Below, in pieces: positions 33,885-42,497 of a stretch of 64,000 bases of DNA. This DNA is from a virus. Below the pieces are notes generated by a model. That model searched no databases. It was given only the letters and a program-made list of their open reading frames with translations, and was not told where the DNA came from. The stretch is from IMG/VR virus record IMGVR_UViG_3300045988_114702; one strand, written 5' to 3'. A program made the translations under genes and the position numbers. How positions within the stretch are numbered: position 1 is the first letter of the stretch; every line of letters starts with the position of its first letter.

Positions 33885-34061
33885 TTACATCGGGTAGAAC
33901 TTCCCGGTAGAATCGGCTATGTAGATATTGCCTGTGTGGATAACCAGTGCTTGCGCCCCCATCGGTGCAGATTTGATATTCTGCAGGTCTGCTTCATCGT
34001 CGCAGTAGTACACCGTGGCCGGCTGGGCTGCGGTGCCATACTGCTGCATAACTTTGAACAT
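33885..34061 (-). CDS. Hypothetical small protein
   Basis: The likely start is MFKVMQQYG. The ORF is open to 34088. Confidence 0.35.
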   Translation of the reverse strand: MFKVMQQYGTAAQPATVYYCDDEADLQNIKSAPMGAQALVIHTGNIYIADSTGKFYPM

Positions 34062-34138
34062 AGAAACTCCTTTCCAGATTATAGCCATGCAACATCTGTA
34101 AATCTGATTTTTGTTAGAAAATCACGGATTCCGTGATT

Positions 34139-34726
34139 TTAACTGCTCCTGCGAACAAAAAAGGAGAAACGGCCATCGGCATCCGGTCCGAATGCAAAAT
34201 TGATAGATGCCGCCGATCCCGCCACCTGATTGGCAATGTCCGCCGTCCGGTTCATGTAGTTCAGCGCATTTCCTTCGGATGTTCGAGCGTCTGCCGCGCT
34301 ATCCCTCGATGCACGCTCGCTTGCCGCCGCAGAAGACGCATTTTCCGTGGAGATTCTTTCGGACTTACTGGCCGCGATTGCGCTGGCATTCGCGGCAGAT
34401 GCACTCTGCGCTGCGGCCTGCTCTGAAGCGCTGGTATTGGCTACCAGCCGCTTGATTTCTTCGACGTTTTTCAGAATTGCATCTGCCACATCATCGCGGA
34501 TTGCGTAGAGCAACCGCCATTCATCAGCTCCATCCAAAACGTACTGTGCTGCCATTTCGATGCAGTATGCTTGACTGGCCGGCTTTGCGAATTTCTTGAC
34601 CTTGTACGATGAACCTGTGCTTTTGCTCGTAGGCAGTCCTTTGACATCTTCCATCGTGTCCACATAGAATGAGTACCACGCTTCGGTCTCAGTTTCCAGC
34701 AGGGTACTCGCAATCAGAATCGCCAT
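34139..34726 (-). CDS. Ala/Ser-rich fibre-associated protein
   Basis: 195 aa. The coiled A/S-rich middle and the C-terminus FAFGPDADGRFSFFVRRSS are paralogous to 33609-33872. Confidence 0.45.
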   Translation of the reverse strand: MAILIASTLLETETEAWYSFYVDTMEDVKGLPTSKSTGSSYKVKKFAKPASQAYCIEMAAQYVLDGADEWRLLYAIRDDVADAILKNVEEIKRLVANTSASEQAAAQSASAANASAIAASKSERISTENASSAAASERASRDSAADARTSEGNALNYMNRTADIANQVAGSAASINFAFGPDADGRFSFFVRRSS

Positions 34727-34737
34727 ACATTCTCCTT

Positions 34738-36078
34738 TCAGCCGATTCCATTTTCATCAGCGAATTTCAGAAGGGCTGCTCTTTCGATTTTAAGAAACTC
34801 TTCATAGTCGGCAGCGGGAAGTATCTCGAGAGCATCATCTTTTGGCAGTTCAGCCTTGATGGGAAGGCAATCCCCTATTTCGATGTACCGCCGGTTGTGA
34901 TAGTATGCGCTTGCAAGAACGCGGGCTTTATGAACCCAGCAGATGCCCGTAAAGCGTTTATTGGCTGTGCCGTACATCTCATAGTTCAAACCGGAACACC
35001 AGCCACAGCCGGCAGATACAGGGCAGTCAATACACTTCTGCTCAGACTGTGAGGTGAGGGTAATCGCATCGAGTTCTGCTTTAGCCTTGCGTTGGGAATC
35101 AGTGGTATACAGACCATCATAGACGCTGCCGAAGCGAACTTTCTTCGACTTTTCCTCGCCAATACTAATGGGTGCGTATCGAATGCAGGGGTACGCAGAT
35201 CCATCAGGAGCAAACGATAGCATAGAGCCCGTGCCACCACAAAAGTTGTGATTGTCTTTAGCTCTCCCCCCTAAGAGGCTGTCAAAAATTGTGACCAGCA
35301 CATCCAGCCTATTGTTCACAATGTAGTTAGCCACAATTTTCAATTGGCTGTACAAAACATAGCCATCTGACGGATTATAAAGAGGCTCATAAGCATAGTT
35401 ACAGGCAATGCTGTCGCATCCCTCATTCAGCATCATTATGATGCTATCTGCGATATACTTGAACGAACCGGGAACAAAAGTCATTTTCGTTGAACCGTTC
35501 CAGCCGTACTTTTTACTGTCCTGAAACGCTTTCCACGCCTTTGCGAAGCTTCCGTTTCCATGTTCATCAAGTCGGTACATATCATGAAGCTCCTGCACGC
35601 CGTCAATACTGACGGTAACGGACATCATTTCATGATATTTCTCAAAAAGGTGCTGCGCTTCAGGACTGAACCACAGCTGACCGTTTGTGGCAAACGAAAT
35701 TCTGGTAAACGGCGCAAGAGGGATACTGCGTTTCCAGCATTGCTCAAACCAGTAATCGCAGATGTATTCAATCAAGGGGGCTTCCAGCAAAGGCTCTCCC
35801 CCGATAAAGTCAAGAACAACGGCTTTTGTGTCTTGGTTGACGAAGTCAGAGGTGTTCTGCTTATACAGATCCAGCAGATAATCAACGATTCTTTTGCCGG
35901 TTTCGGGAGTCATACTCTCCGCTCCTTTGTGATGCTCGTAGCAATACGAACACCTGAGATTGCACCCGCTGGTCACCTGAAATGTAACATTGCGACAAGC
36001 ACTTCGCGTTTCAGGTAAATCACGGCAGTACAGTCTCTGGACAGAGTTTCCGTAATCCTCAAACCGTTTGCTTTTCAA
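34738..36078 (-). CDS. Radical SAM enzyme with C-terminal SPASM domain (peptide/protein maturase-like)
   Basis: CNLRCSYC (CX3CX2C). SPASM-type CGGTGSMLSFAPDGSAYPC and CIDCPVSAGCGWC. TTG at 36078 lies 9 nt after GGAGG (the ORF is open to GTG at 36132). Confidence 0.8.
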   Translation of the reverse strand: MKSKRFEDYGNSVQRLYCRDLPETRSACRNVTFQVTSGCNLRCSYCYEHHKGAESMTPETGKRIVDYLLDLYKQNTSDFVNQDTKAVVLDFIGGEPLLEAPLIEYICDYWFEQCWKRSIPLAPFTRISFATNGQLWFSPEAQHLFEKYHEMMSVTVSIDGVQELHDMYRLDEHGNGSFAKAWKAFQDSKKYGWNGSTKMTFVPGSFKYIADSIIMMLNEGCDSIACNYAYEPLYNPSDGYVLYSQLKIVANYIVNNRLDVLVTIFDSLLGGRAKDNHNFCGGTGSMLSFAPDGSAYPCIRYAPISIGEEKSKKVRFGSVYDGLYTTDSQRKAKAELDAITLTSQSEQKCIDCPVSAGCGWCSGLNYEMYGTANKRFTGICWVHKARVLASAYYHNRRYIEIGDCLPIKAELPKDDALEILPAADYEEFLKIERAALLKFADENGIG

Positions 36079-36361
36079 ACAACTGCACCTCCTTCCGTCC
36101 AAAGTCAAATTGGTATCCGTTGAAAGGTTCACTGCTCAAATCGATGTGGTTTTTCAGTACCGCGTTCTGCGCCATCTGCAGTTTCATGTGGGCCATACGG
36201 CACAGTTCCGCATAGTGCATGATAATTTCCTTTGTATCGGAGTTTGCTTTGGCGTTCAGTTGGCGGTTGAGTACTGCCATAATTTTTTCGTATGAATCAA
36301 CCTCATAAAATGCCCGTTCCACAGTCTCGCTTTCGACTTGGGACAGTTCAATAATCTTCAT
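36059..36361 (-). CDS. Small helical protein of the radical-SAM cassette
   Basis: 100 aa lying between the Cys-repeat gene and the maturase. Possibly the accessory protein of CXXX-repeat systems. Confidence 0.45.
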   Translation of the reverse strand: MKIIELSQVESETVERAFYEVDSYEKIMAVLNRQLNAKANSDTKEIIMHYAELCRMAHMKLQMAQNAVLKNHIDLSSEPFNGYQFDFGRKEVQLFEKQTV

Positions 36362-36375
36362 GTTGGCATCCTTTC

Positions 36376-36960
36376 TCAGCAGGCATCAATCTTGGGAAGT
36401 CGCCCCACGATCTGAGTATACCGGGCCCGAATTTTGTTCATGGCTCCCATTGCAGAAGTAAGTGCCCGAAGATTTTCATTGAAGTTCAGCCGAAGGTAAT
36501 CGGTTAAAGTACGAAGAACGTACCACATCGCAAAGATATCTGCATCCTCAGAGCAGGCATATTCCCCGGCACTCCGCAGTGTATCTCCACATTTCAGCTG
36601 CTTAGTGACAGGATTTGCGGAAAAATTGAACGTCCGTGCTGCCAAACCAAGGGCCAGAAGTTTTTTGCGCTCTTCGGACGCGCTCTCAATTTTGCAAGCC
36701 TCCAGCGCCGAATCGATTACAGTCAAACAGTAGATAAACCAGTTATCAAAATCCGTTGCATCAAGAGCGCAAAGGGCTCCAACATAACTAAGGCACCAAA
36801 GCAGCTTGTCTTCTCCATTGGGTGTTGCAGAAAGAAGCACATCCCAGTCCTCTGTATTTACCGGTTCCTGCTGAAGTAGTTTGATAAGCGGCAGATTGCG
36901 GAGGTATGATGCATCAACATCAGCATCAGCATTTTTTGCATAACGAACAGTCATTTCCAT
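36376..36960 (-). CDS. Hypothetical helical protein of the radical-SAM cassette
   Basis: 194 aa. No motif recognised. Confidence 0.45.
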   Translation of the reverse strand: MEMTVRYAKNADADVDASYLRNLPLIKLLQQEPVNTEDWDVLLSATPNGEDKLLWCLSYVGALCALDATDFDNWFIYCLTVIDSALEACKIESASEERKKLLALGLAARTFNFSANPVTKQLKCGDTLRSAGEYACSEDADIFAMWYVLRTLTDYLRLNFNENLRALTSAMGAMNKIRARYTQIVGRLPKIDAC

Positions 36961-36972
36961 ATCATTCTCCTA

Positions 36973-38076
36973 TTACCACAAAAGTCCTCCAGAACAATTT
37001 CCTCCACAACTCCCGCTGCAGCTACCACTACAGCTACCACTGCAGGAGCCAGAGCAACCGTCGCAACTGGTATCGCAACTGCTCGTACAGCGCTCGCCGC
37101 AGTGCGAATTGCATGAACCCTTGCAACTATTAGAACAGCCCGATTCACAGTTCAAAAGGCAACCTGAACCCGTGCAGGTTTCCTGACAGTCACTAGCGCA
37201 ATAGCTTTTGCAGTTCGTGGTACAGTTACTTGCACAGTCGTCTGCGCAATTTGCGCTACAGCTTCCCTCACAAGTACTTGAACATCCATCACAACTACCA
37301 GAACATCCTCCCTTGCAGGATGTCTTGCAATTGTTAGTGCAGTTATCCGCACACGTCTTTGTACAGCTTCCTGTGCAACTACCAGTACAAGTGCCTACGC
37401 ACGTTCCAGCGCATGTACCTGTGCAACCGCCAGCACAACTTCCCCCGCAGTCATTGGCACACGTCTTCGTACAGGTTCCTGTGCAGGTGCCGGTACAGCT
37501 GCCAGTACAGGTGCCTGTACAGGTGCTGGTACAGTCGTTGGCGCACGACTTAGTGCAGGAACCCGTGCAAGTCCCTGTGCAAGTGCTCACACAAGAGCCG
37601 GTGCATGAGCCGGTGCAATCATTGGCACAGCTTTTTGTGCACGAGCCGGTACAGCCTCCCGTACATGAGCCGGTACAGCTGGAACAGGCTGAATAGCAAC
37701 CCGTAGTGCAGAGCCCCGAGCAAGCCCCGCCGCAGCCGCTGGATGTTGCAGTTTCAGAAATCGCGCTCAATTGGCTAAGCAGTGCAGCCGCCCGGGTGAG
37801 CACATCTGCAGCGACCTTGGAGCCGTTTTCCGGTGTGATAGCGCTTCCGGTAATCGCCGAGATAGGCTGTGTAATTTTCTGGATGTGCTCATTGGTAATT
37901 TGCCTACCGGCCGCAGGGACGACAGAAAAAGAACTGATATAAGCCGCCATGCTTCCAACGCTCTGGCCCTGTCCTGTCCCTTCGCTTTTTCCGCGACGAT
38001 TAAGTTCAGCGTCCAGCTGTTTTTTAAGTTCTGTGTAGTCGGCCGAGTAAACCTTTGTGCTTCTTTGAGCCATCAC
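36973..38076 (-). CDS. CXXX-repeat protein (367 aa, 63 Cys)
   Basis: A 114-aa ordinary N-terminus is followed by 63 Cys spaced CX3 almost without interruption (CTGSCTGSCTKSCANDC...). The ATG overlaps the tail-fibre stop. Confidence 0.7.
   Translation of the reverse strand: MMAQRSTKVYSADYTELKKQLDAELNRRGKSEGTGQGQSVGSMAAYISSFSVVPAAGRQITNEHIQKITQPISAITGSAITPENGSKVAADVLTRAAALLSQLSAISETATSSGCGGACSGLCTTGCYSACSSCTGSCTGGCTGSCTKSCANDCTGSCTGSCVSTCTGTCTGSCTKSCANDCTSTCTGTCTGSCTGTCTGTCTKTCANDCGGSCAGGCTGTCAGTCVGTCTGSCTGSCTKTCADNCTNNCKTSCKGGCSGSCDGCSSTCEGSCSANCADDCASNCTTNCKSYCASDCQETCTGSGCLLNCESGCSNSCKGSCNSHCGERCTSSCDTSCDGCSGSCSGSCSGSCSGSCGGNCSGGLLW
36994..37734 (-). repeat. 12-nt-periodic coding tandem repeat (TGY-NNN-NNN-NNN)n
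   Basis: This is the DNA encoding the CXXX tract. It also produces spurious VQLPVQ-type ORFs on the opposite strand. Confidence 0.7.
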
Positions 38077-39104
38077 ACACCACCTACTCTCACCTTCACA
38101 AGCCGCAGATCCGTGCGGTTATCACCCTCACAGGCGTATCCCACAATTTTGTTCGCCGGGTACGATTCGCACGAGCCGACCGCGCGCCCAACGCCGGGCG
38201 CGCTGGACAGAACGATGTAATCGCCCGTATGGACAGGTCCAACCACTTTCGTGTGAACACGTCCTGCTAAGGACACCGGAATAAAATCGGGCAGGTTTTC
38301 CTCAAGGAAATCCTGCCCTTCAACCACTTTATTTCCACCAATGAGCATAGCGTACTCATCCGTGTGGATGCCTGCGATACGGCTAGATAGGTTCGTGGCC
38401 TTGATATACCGTTCCATCTGGCTCCCAGTATCCAGAGCGATAATATCACCGGGTTCGGTCTGCTCGCCACGCGGCATGAGCTCCGCATAGTCGTTGTAGA
38501 CCGCATCGTAGACACGCTGCGCGGAAATATCACCTGACACCGACAAAGACTTAAAGTGTGCATCACCTGCGGATGTCACATAATGTACCGTGCCGTTTGC
38601 AAAATACACCGTTCCGGTGAACGTGCCGCCCACATTGCGCATTGCGCCAAGGTTTTTGCAGGCATCAGCGGAGGTGCCAGAACCTGTACCACCGCGTTCA
38701 ATCGGAAGGTTCCCGCTTGTAATCTGGCTTGCAGAATGTTCATGCGTAGACGGTGCAAAAGCATTCGCGTGTTTACCATCAACCGTATCGGCATCACAGC
38801 CTTCCATCAGCCCGTATGCAGCCAGCAGGGCCACAATCTGTTTCGCCGTAAAATCGCTCTTAGGCAACGCGCTGTTTGCCGTTCCCTTAACGGTAGACAG
38901 GTCGGAAATGGCCTGATTCAGCAGGGCACTCAAAATATATGTAACCATGTTGAACTGCTGGCTTGTCGGCTTTCCGTTCAAACCGCCGACAATAGAAGCC
39001 CAGCCGCCTTTCCAATCCTCCAACGAAATGTCTTGCTTCACGCCAGACACAGAAAACGCCGCAGTTGCATAATCTTCAAGCGCTCCTGCACGACCTTCTG
39101 CCAT
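38073..39104 (-). CDS. Tail fibre protein
   Basis: DADTVDGKHANAFAPSTHEHSASQITSGNLPIERGGTGSGTSADACKNLG is a widespread phage fibre motif. It follows the baseplate genes. Confidence 0.7.
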   Translation of the reverse strand: MAEGRAGALEDYATAAFSVSGVKQDISLEDWKGGWASIVGGLNGKPTSQQFNMVTYILSALLNQAISDLSTVKGTANSALPKSDFTAKQIVALLAAYGLMEGCDADTVDGKHANAFAPSTHEHSASQITSGNLPIERGGTGSGTSADACKNLGAMRNVGGTFTGTVYFANGTVHYVTSAGDAHFKSLSVSGDISAQRVYDAVYNDYAELMPRGEQTEPGDIIALDTGSQMERYIKATNLSSRIAGIHTDEYAMLIGGNKVVEGQDFLEENLPDFIPVSLAGRVHTKVVGPVHTGDYIVLSSAPGVGRAVGSCESYPANKIVGYACEGDNRTDLRLVKVRVGGV

Positions 39105-39120
39105 AATAAATCACCCCCAG

Positions 39121-39702
39121 TTAATTGATGGACTGTGCAAACATTCCCTCGCCGAAACCTGCAACTCGCGGATTGAGATCCACAAATCCAAAGGTTTCTG
39201 CGTCCTCGGTCGAGCAATCCACGCGAACTTTTACTCCGGCCGGGCGTACAATAAGGTCATGCGTTCCCAAAATAGACATGACCATATCAGAAAACGGTGC
39301 CGAAATCGAAAGGAAGATTGTCGCCGGAACATCTCGGCGTTCACTATAAACCACCTGCGTTGCTCCGAAGATGATTTTGGTTGCTTCAATGATTTCATCC
39401 GGCGTACAGCGGCAGGAATTGACAAAAGCCTTATACTTCAGGCAGACGCGATAAATATCGTCATTATCCGCAAGTTCTCGGCTTCCAATCATTGCTCCAG
39501 CCTGCTGGCGGGTCAAGCAGACCAGCTGTCCAAGCCGGTCAAGCCAAACACCTGTGCAGCTATCAAAATTGTTCAGATTTTCCAGACCGCCCAGAAACAG
39601 AGAGGCGTTTTCATATTCCGGCGCAACGGCCCAGATGATGCCATCAAGGTTTGACATTTTTTCAACGCTGAGAGGTGTTTCTTTCAGAACTTCGTAGCCC
39701 AT
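39121..39702 (-). CDS. Baseplate/tail protein (P2 gpI / YmfQ-like)
   Basis: ATG at 39702 (TAATG overlap). Lies downstream of the baseplate J gene. Call based on weak similarity by eye. Confidence 0.45.
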   Translation of the reverse strand: MGYEVLKETPLSVEKMSNLDGIIWAVAPEYENASLFLGGLENLNNFDSCTGVWLDRLGQLVCLTRQQAGAMIGSRELADNDDIYRVCLKYKAFVNSCRCTPDEIIEATKIIFGATQVVYSERRDVPATIFLSISAPFSDMVMSILGTHDLIVRPAGVKVRVDCSTEDAETFGFVDLNPRVAGFGEGMFAQSIN

Positions 39703-39935
39703 TAGGATACCCCTTTGCTGGAAAACTGCAAAATCCATTTCCCGGCTGAGTTCTTTCGATAGATTGCAGGCGGGGTTATAATTCTGGCAATGCTTCCCAT
39801 TTCGCAATCTTCTGGTAAATCCTTCAGATCATCTACGGTATCGCAAATATAGTCTCCCAGTTTGCTCTCTTCGTAAGACTCCAGTTGAAACTGCATCGGC
39901 AGTTTGCCATACATTTCCTTATAAGCGTCAATCAT
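39702..39935 (-). CDS. Hypothetical small tail protein (77 aa)
   Basis: ORF between baseplate J and the gpI-like gene. Confidence 0.4.
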   Translation of the reverse strand: MIDAYKEMYGKLPMQFQLESYEESKLGDYICDTVDDLKDLPEDCEMGSIARIITPPAIYRKNSAGKWILQFSSKGVS

Positions 39936-41446
39936 GCTTTCACCACCCGGATGCCGCTCATGCTAAGAACCGGCTGTTGGTTGATTTCAACCGGGACAAT
40001 GCCTGTCAGCATAGAATTATCGGCAACTCCTTCAATGTCCGGTTTTTCGCTCAATAAGCCTCGGATTTCGACATAATCAACGCCGGACACGCTTTCCATG
40101 ATGGGGCGGATGAACGTTTGCAGGCGAATTGTTGTGCCTGCTGAAAGAATTTCTTCCATCAGCAGGGACTTGATTCTCGCCGCATAATCATCGTCCAGCC
40201 CGCCAGAACTCGTAACCGTAACAGAGAGCAGCAGATAAACGTCATTCACTCGAGTAAATTCCAGATACTGCCGATTGCCGTTAATGTCGGTAGCGTAAGC
40301 ATAATGCTTCCCGTATGCACGAATGCCGCCCGCTTTGTTTTTCCAGATGATGTTGGCCACATCTTCATCGCTGCCGCCCTGGACAACAATTTCAATGCTA
40401 TGCGGAGGTCTGCCCGCCGCATCGGTCGTATCGTTGTAGTTCTCGTATCCAGCCGCAAAGGTCACACCATCCACATCGCTGTACAGCAAGGAAACGATGC
40501 TTGCGACTGTGCCGGTGCCGCGGCTTGCAACACGGTTTGTGTAACTCGTTCTGGCCTCGGCATCCGTCTGGGTTAGTCGGCCCTTTATCGGCGCGATATC
40601 ATTGGTGCAGGCTGTCCAGCCATCCACAGTAGTGACAATCTGCGTAATAACACCATCAGCCAACACATAGCTGCCATATTCCGCGCTTTCAAACTGGATA
40701 TTGCTGGTCACTTCCGTAACCGTAATGTACTTGCACAACGTTGCCGAAAAGCTGTCAGCGGCGCCCGATGCAGTCAAAACGATTGAATGTTCTCCTTGAT
40801 CGTCAGTTTCGTCCGAAACAGCAATGCCGAACTTTACCAAGGCATCAAAGGACTGGACAGCCGCAAGCATCTGCGAGTACGCATCGTCATACGAGGACAC
40901 GGTCATTTTCTTTGTGACGCTGGAACTTTCTGCATAGGTTCCAACTTCTCCGCTTGTCGCATTGCGAGAAACGCCAAAATCAAACGTAAAGGTTCCTGCA
41001 ATGCTTTCAATCGGACGAATCGCCAGCTTTCTCCAGTTTGCGCTGGAGATTATGGATGCACTGACCGCCTGAAAAGTACGTTGCGGTCTGCTGCTCGACT
41101 GAATCAAAGCGCCAACCGGAATGACCGTTCCCTCTTGGCCAGTACAAGAGATAAAATACTTAGTTTTGGCCTGTCCAATGCGGCTCACCCCGCCCACCTG
41201 CATCACGTTATCTAACGCAACGCCGCAGGCCGTATTGGGGAAAAGCTGCTGATATGCAGCAGCATAAGCCTCCCAGAGTTCTGCCGGGGCATCCGCAAAA
41301 ATTGTAAACAAGACGTTCATCACGCTTTGCGGGTTCTCCGATGGGTCAACTCCGACCTCGTCTTTAAACCTTTTGCAGATGTCGGTGTAAATTTCATCCA
41401 GTCGGCGCATTTGAAAGCCCTTATCCGTCACTCCGTAGTCCGACAT
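39932..41446 (-). CDS. Baseplate J-like protein
   Basis: 504 aa. The N-terminus (GFQMRRLDEIYTDICKRFKDEVG...) and position are typical of the Baseplate_J/gp47/XkdT family. Confidence 0.7.
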   Translation of the reverse strand: MSDYGVTDKGFQMRRLDEIYTDICKRFKDEVGVDPSENPQSVMNVLFTIFADAPAELWEAYAAAYQQLFPNTACGVALDNVMQVGGVSRIGQAKTKYFISCTGQEGTVIPVGALIQSSSRPQRTFQAVSASIISSANWRKLAIRPIESIAGTFTFDFGVSRNATSGEVGTYAESSSVTKKMTVSSYDDAYSQMLAAVQSFDALVKFGIAVSDETDDQGEHSIVLTASGAADSFSATLCKYITVTEVTSNIQFESAEYGSYVLADGVITQIVTTVDGWTACTNDIAPIKGRLTQTDAEARTSYTNRVASRGTGTVASIVSLLYSDVDGVTFAAGYENYNDTTDAAGRPPHSIEIVVQGGSDEDVANIIWKNKAGGIRAYGKHYAYATDINGNRQYLEFTRVNDVYLLLSVTVTSSGGLDDDYAARIKSLLMEEILSAGTTIRLQTFIRPIMESVSGVDYVEIRGLLSEKPDIEGVADNSMLTGIVPVEINQQPVLSMSGIRVVKA

Positions 41447-41801
41447 GGGACAGTTCCACCTCGCTTTCTATTTCTCCTTCGGTGGTGGTCGCGGTAAAAG
41501 ACGCTCGGAGCGTTCTGGTCTTTGCATCCTTTATAAGGTTGATGGTGCCCACCCCTGTTACGCCATCAACAGCAAGGATTTGGTCTCGCAGGGCCTTCTC
41601 GATCAAGGCTCGATTCGGAACCTTCACAAGGATTGTTTCAAAGTAAGGCGTGCCCATAGCGGTATTGAACACCCATTCTCCTTTGATCCAGCGCAGACGA
41701 ATTTGCACACCCTGCCGAACGGCATCGATGATTTCAAAATCGCCGGTTTCGTTGATGTATAAATCACCATCAGCAGCAAGCGCAAGGTCTTTCAATGCCA
41801 T
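41421..41801 (-). CDS. Baseplate wedge protein (gpW/gp25- or XkdS-like)
   Basis: 126 aa. DGDLYINETGDFEIIDAVRQGVQIRLRWIKGEW pattern. Confidence 0.55.
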   Translation of the reverse strand: MALKDLALAADGDLYINETGDFEIIDAVRQGVQIRLRWIKGEWVFNTAMGTPYFETILVKVPNRALIEKALRDQILAVDGVTGVGTINLIKDAKTRTLRASFTATTTEGEIESEVELSHVGLRSDG

Positions 41802-42496
41802 TACTGCGGACCTCCTGTCTTTCCGTGTACGCCAGCATGGGTATGCGTATTCATTACGATGCCACCAAGTACCAGCGTGCCAGAAATGTTCACGTTTCCT
41901 TGCACCTGAATGTTGCCTTTGATTTCCGTATTGCCGGTAACATCAAGCAACGGAGTGGTAATTTTGGTACTGCCATCCGTCACCTCGATGTTAGAACCGC
42001 CTCTTTGAACAAAGACGGAACTGTCTTTCAAGGTTATGGTTGTGTCTTGCTTTTTCAGTTCGATGCAGTCTTTCTTGACCGTGATGGTCGCAGTCGGCGC
42101 AAAAACAACTGCTGCGTCCTCACTTCCGGCACGCTTAACCTGCTCGCTAGACGATGCAGGCAAGCCCGGCAGCAAGGTTGCGTTGGATAAGTCCCACTTC
42201 AAGTCCGTTCCAGAGCCGCCCTCTCCAAAAATAGCCACACATCCATCCCCGGAATGCACAGGAAAGGCAAACCCGATTGTGCCGCCTGCTCCGGTAGGCA
42301 TCAGGATAGCCGTGCCCGAAATTTTAGGGTAGGGTACTTCCCTATCATCATCGGTCGTTACTTTCAAATCCGGCGTTAGTTCAGCAGTGAAATTTTCGGA
42401 CACGTTACCAACCTTAGCAGGTGCCGAGGTGTGGATATTATCCCTCATGTACTGGTCGATGATGCTCACGACTGCATCGCGGAAGTCCTGATCCAC
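41801..42496 (-). CDS. Baseplate spike/central hub (gpV/Mu gp45-like)
   Basis: The C-terminus GNIQVQGNVNISGTLVLGGIVMNTHTHAGVHGKTGGP is typical of gpV-type spikes. Confidence 0.6.
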   Translation of the reverse strand: MDQDFRDAVVSIIDQYMRDNIHTSAPAKVGNVSENFTAELTPDLKVTTDDDREVPYPKISGTAILMPTGAGGTIGFAFPVHSGDGCVAIFGEGGSGTDLKWDLSNATLLPGLPASSSEQVKRAGSEDAAVVFAPTATITVKKDCIELKKQDTTITLKDSSVFVQRGGSNIEVTDGSTKITTPLLDVTGNTEIKGNIQVQGNVNISGTLVLGGIVMNTHTHAGVHGKTGGPQ

Positions 42497-42497
42497 G

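Noticed and set aside
34738-36078. Anaerobic sulfatase-maturase acting on a sulfatase or on the FGE/C-lectin-like DGR target
   Set aside because: No sulfatase gene and no C/S-x-P/A-x-R motif is evident nearby. The adjacent CXXX-repeat protein is a far more plausible substrate.
37208-37696. 162-aa plus-strand ORF with VQLPVQ repeats
   Set aside because: It is the reverse-complement reading of the CXXX codon repeat, and therefore an artefact of the tandem repeat.
36994-37734. Possible CRISPR array or non-coding tandem repeat
   Set aside because: The period is 12 nt with no unique spacers. The tract is in-frame within a long ORF whose ATG is coupled to the fibre gene.
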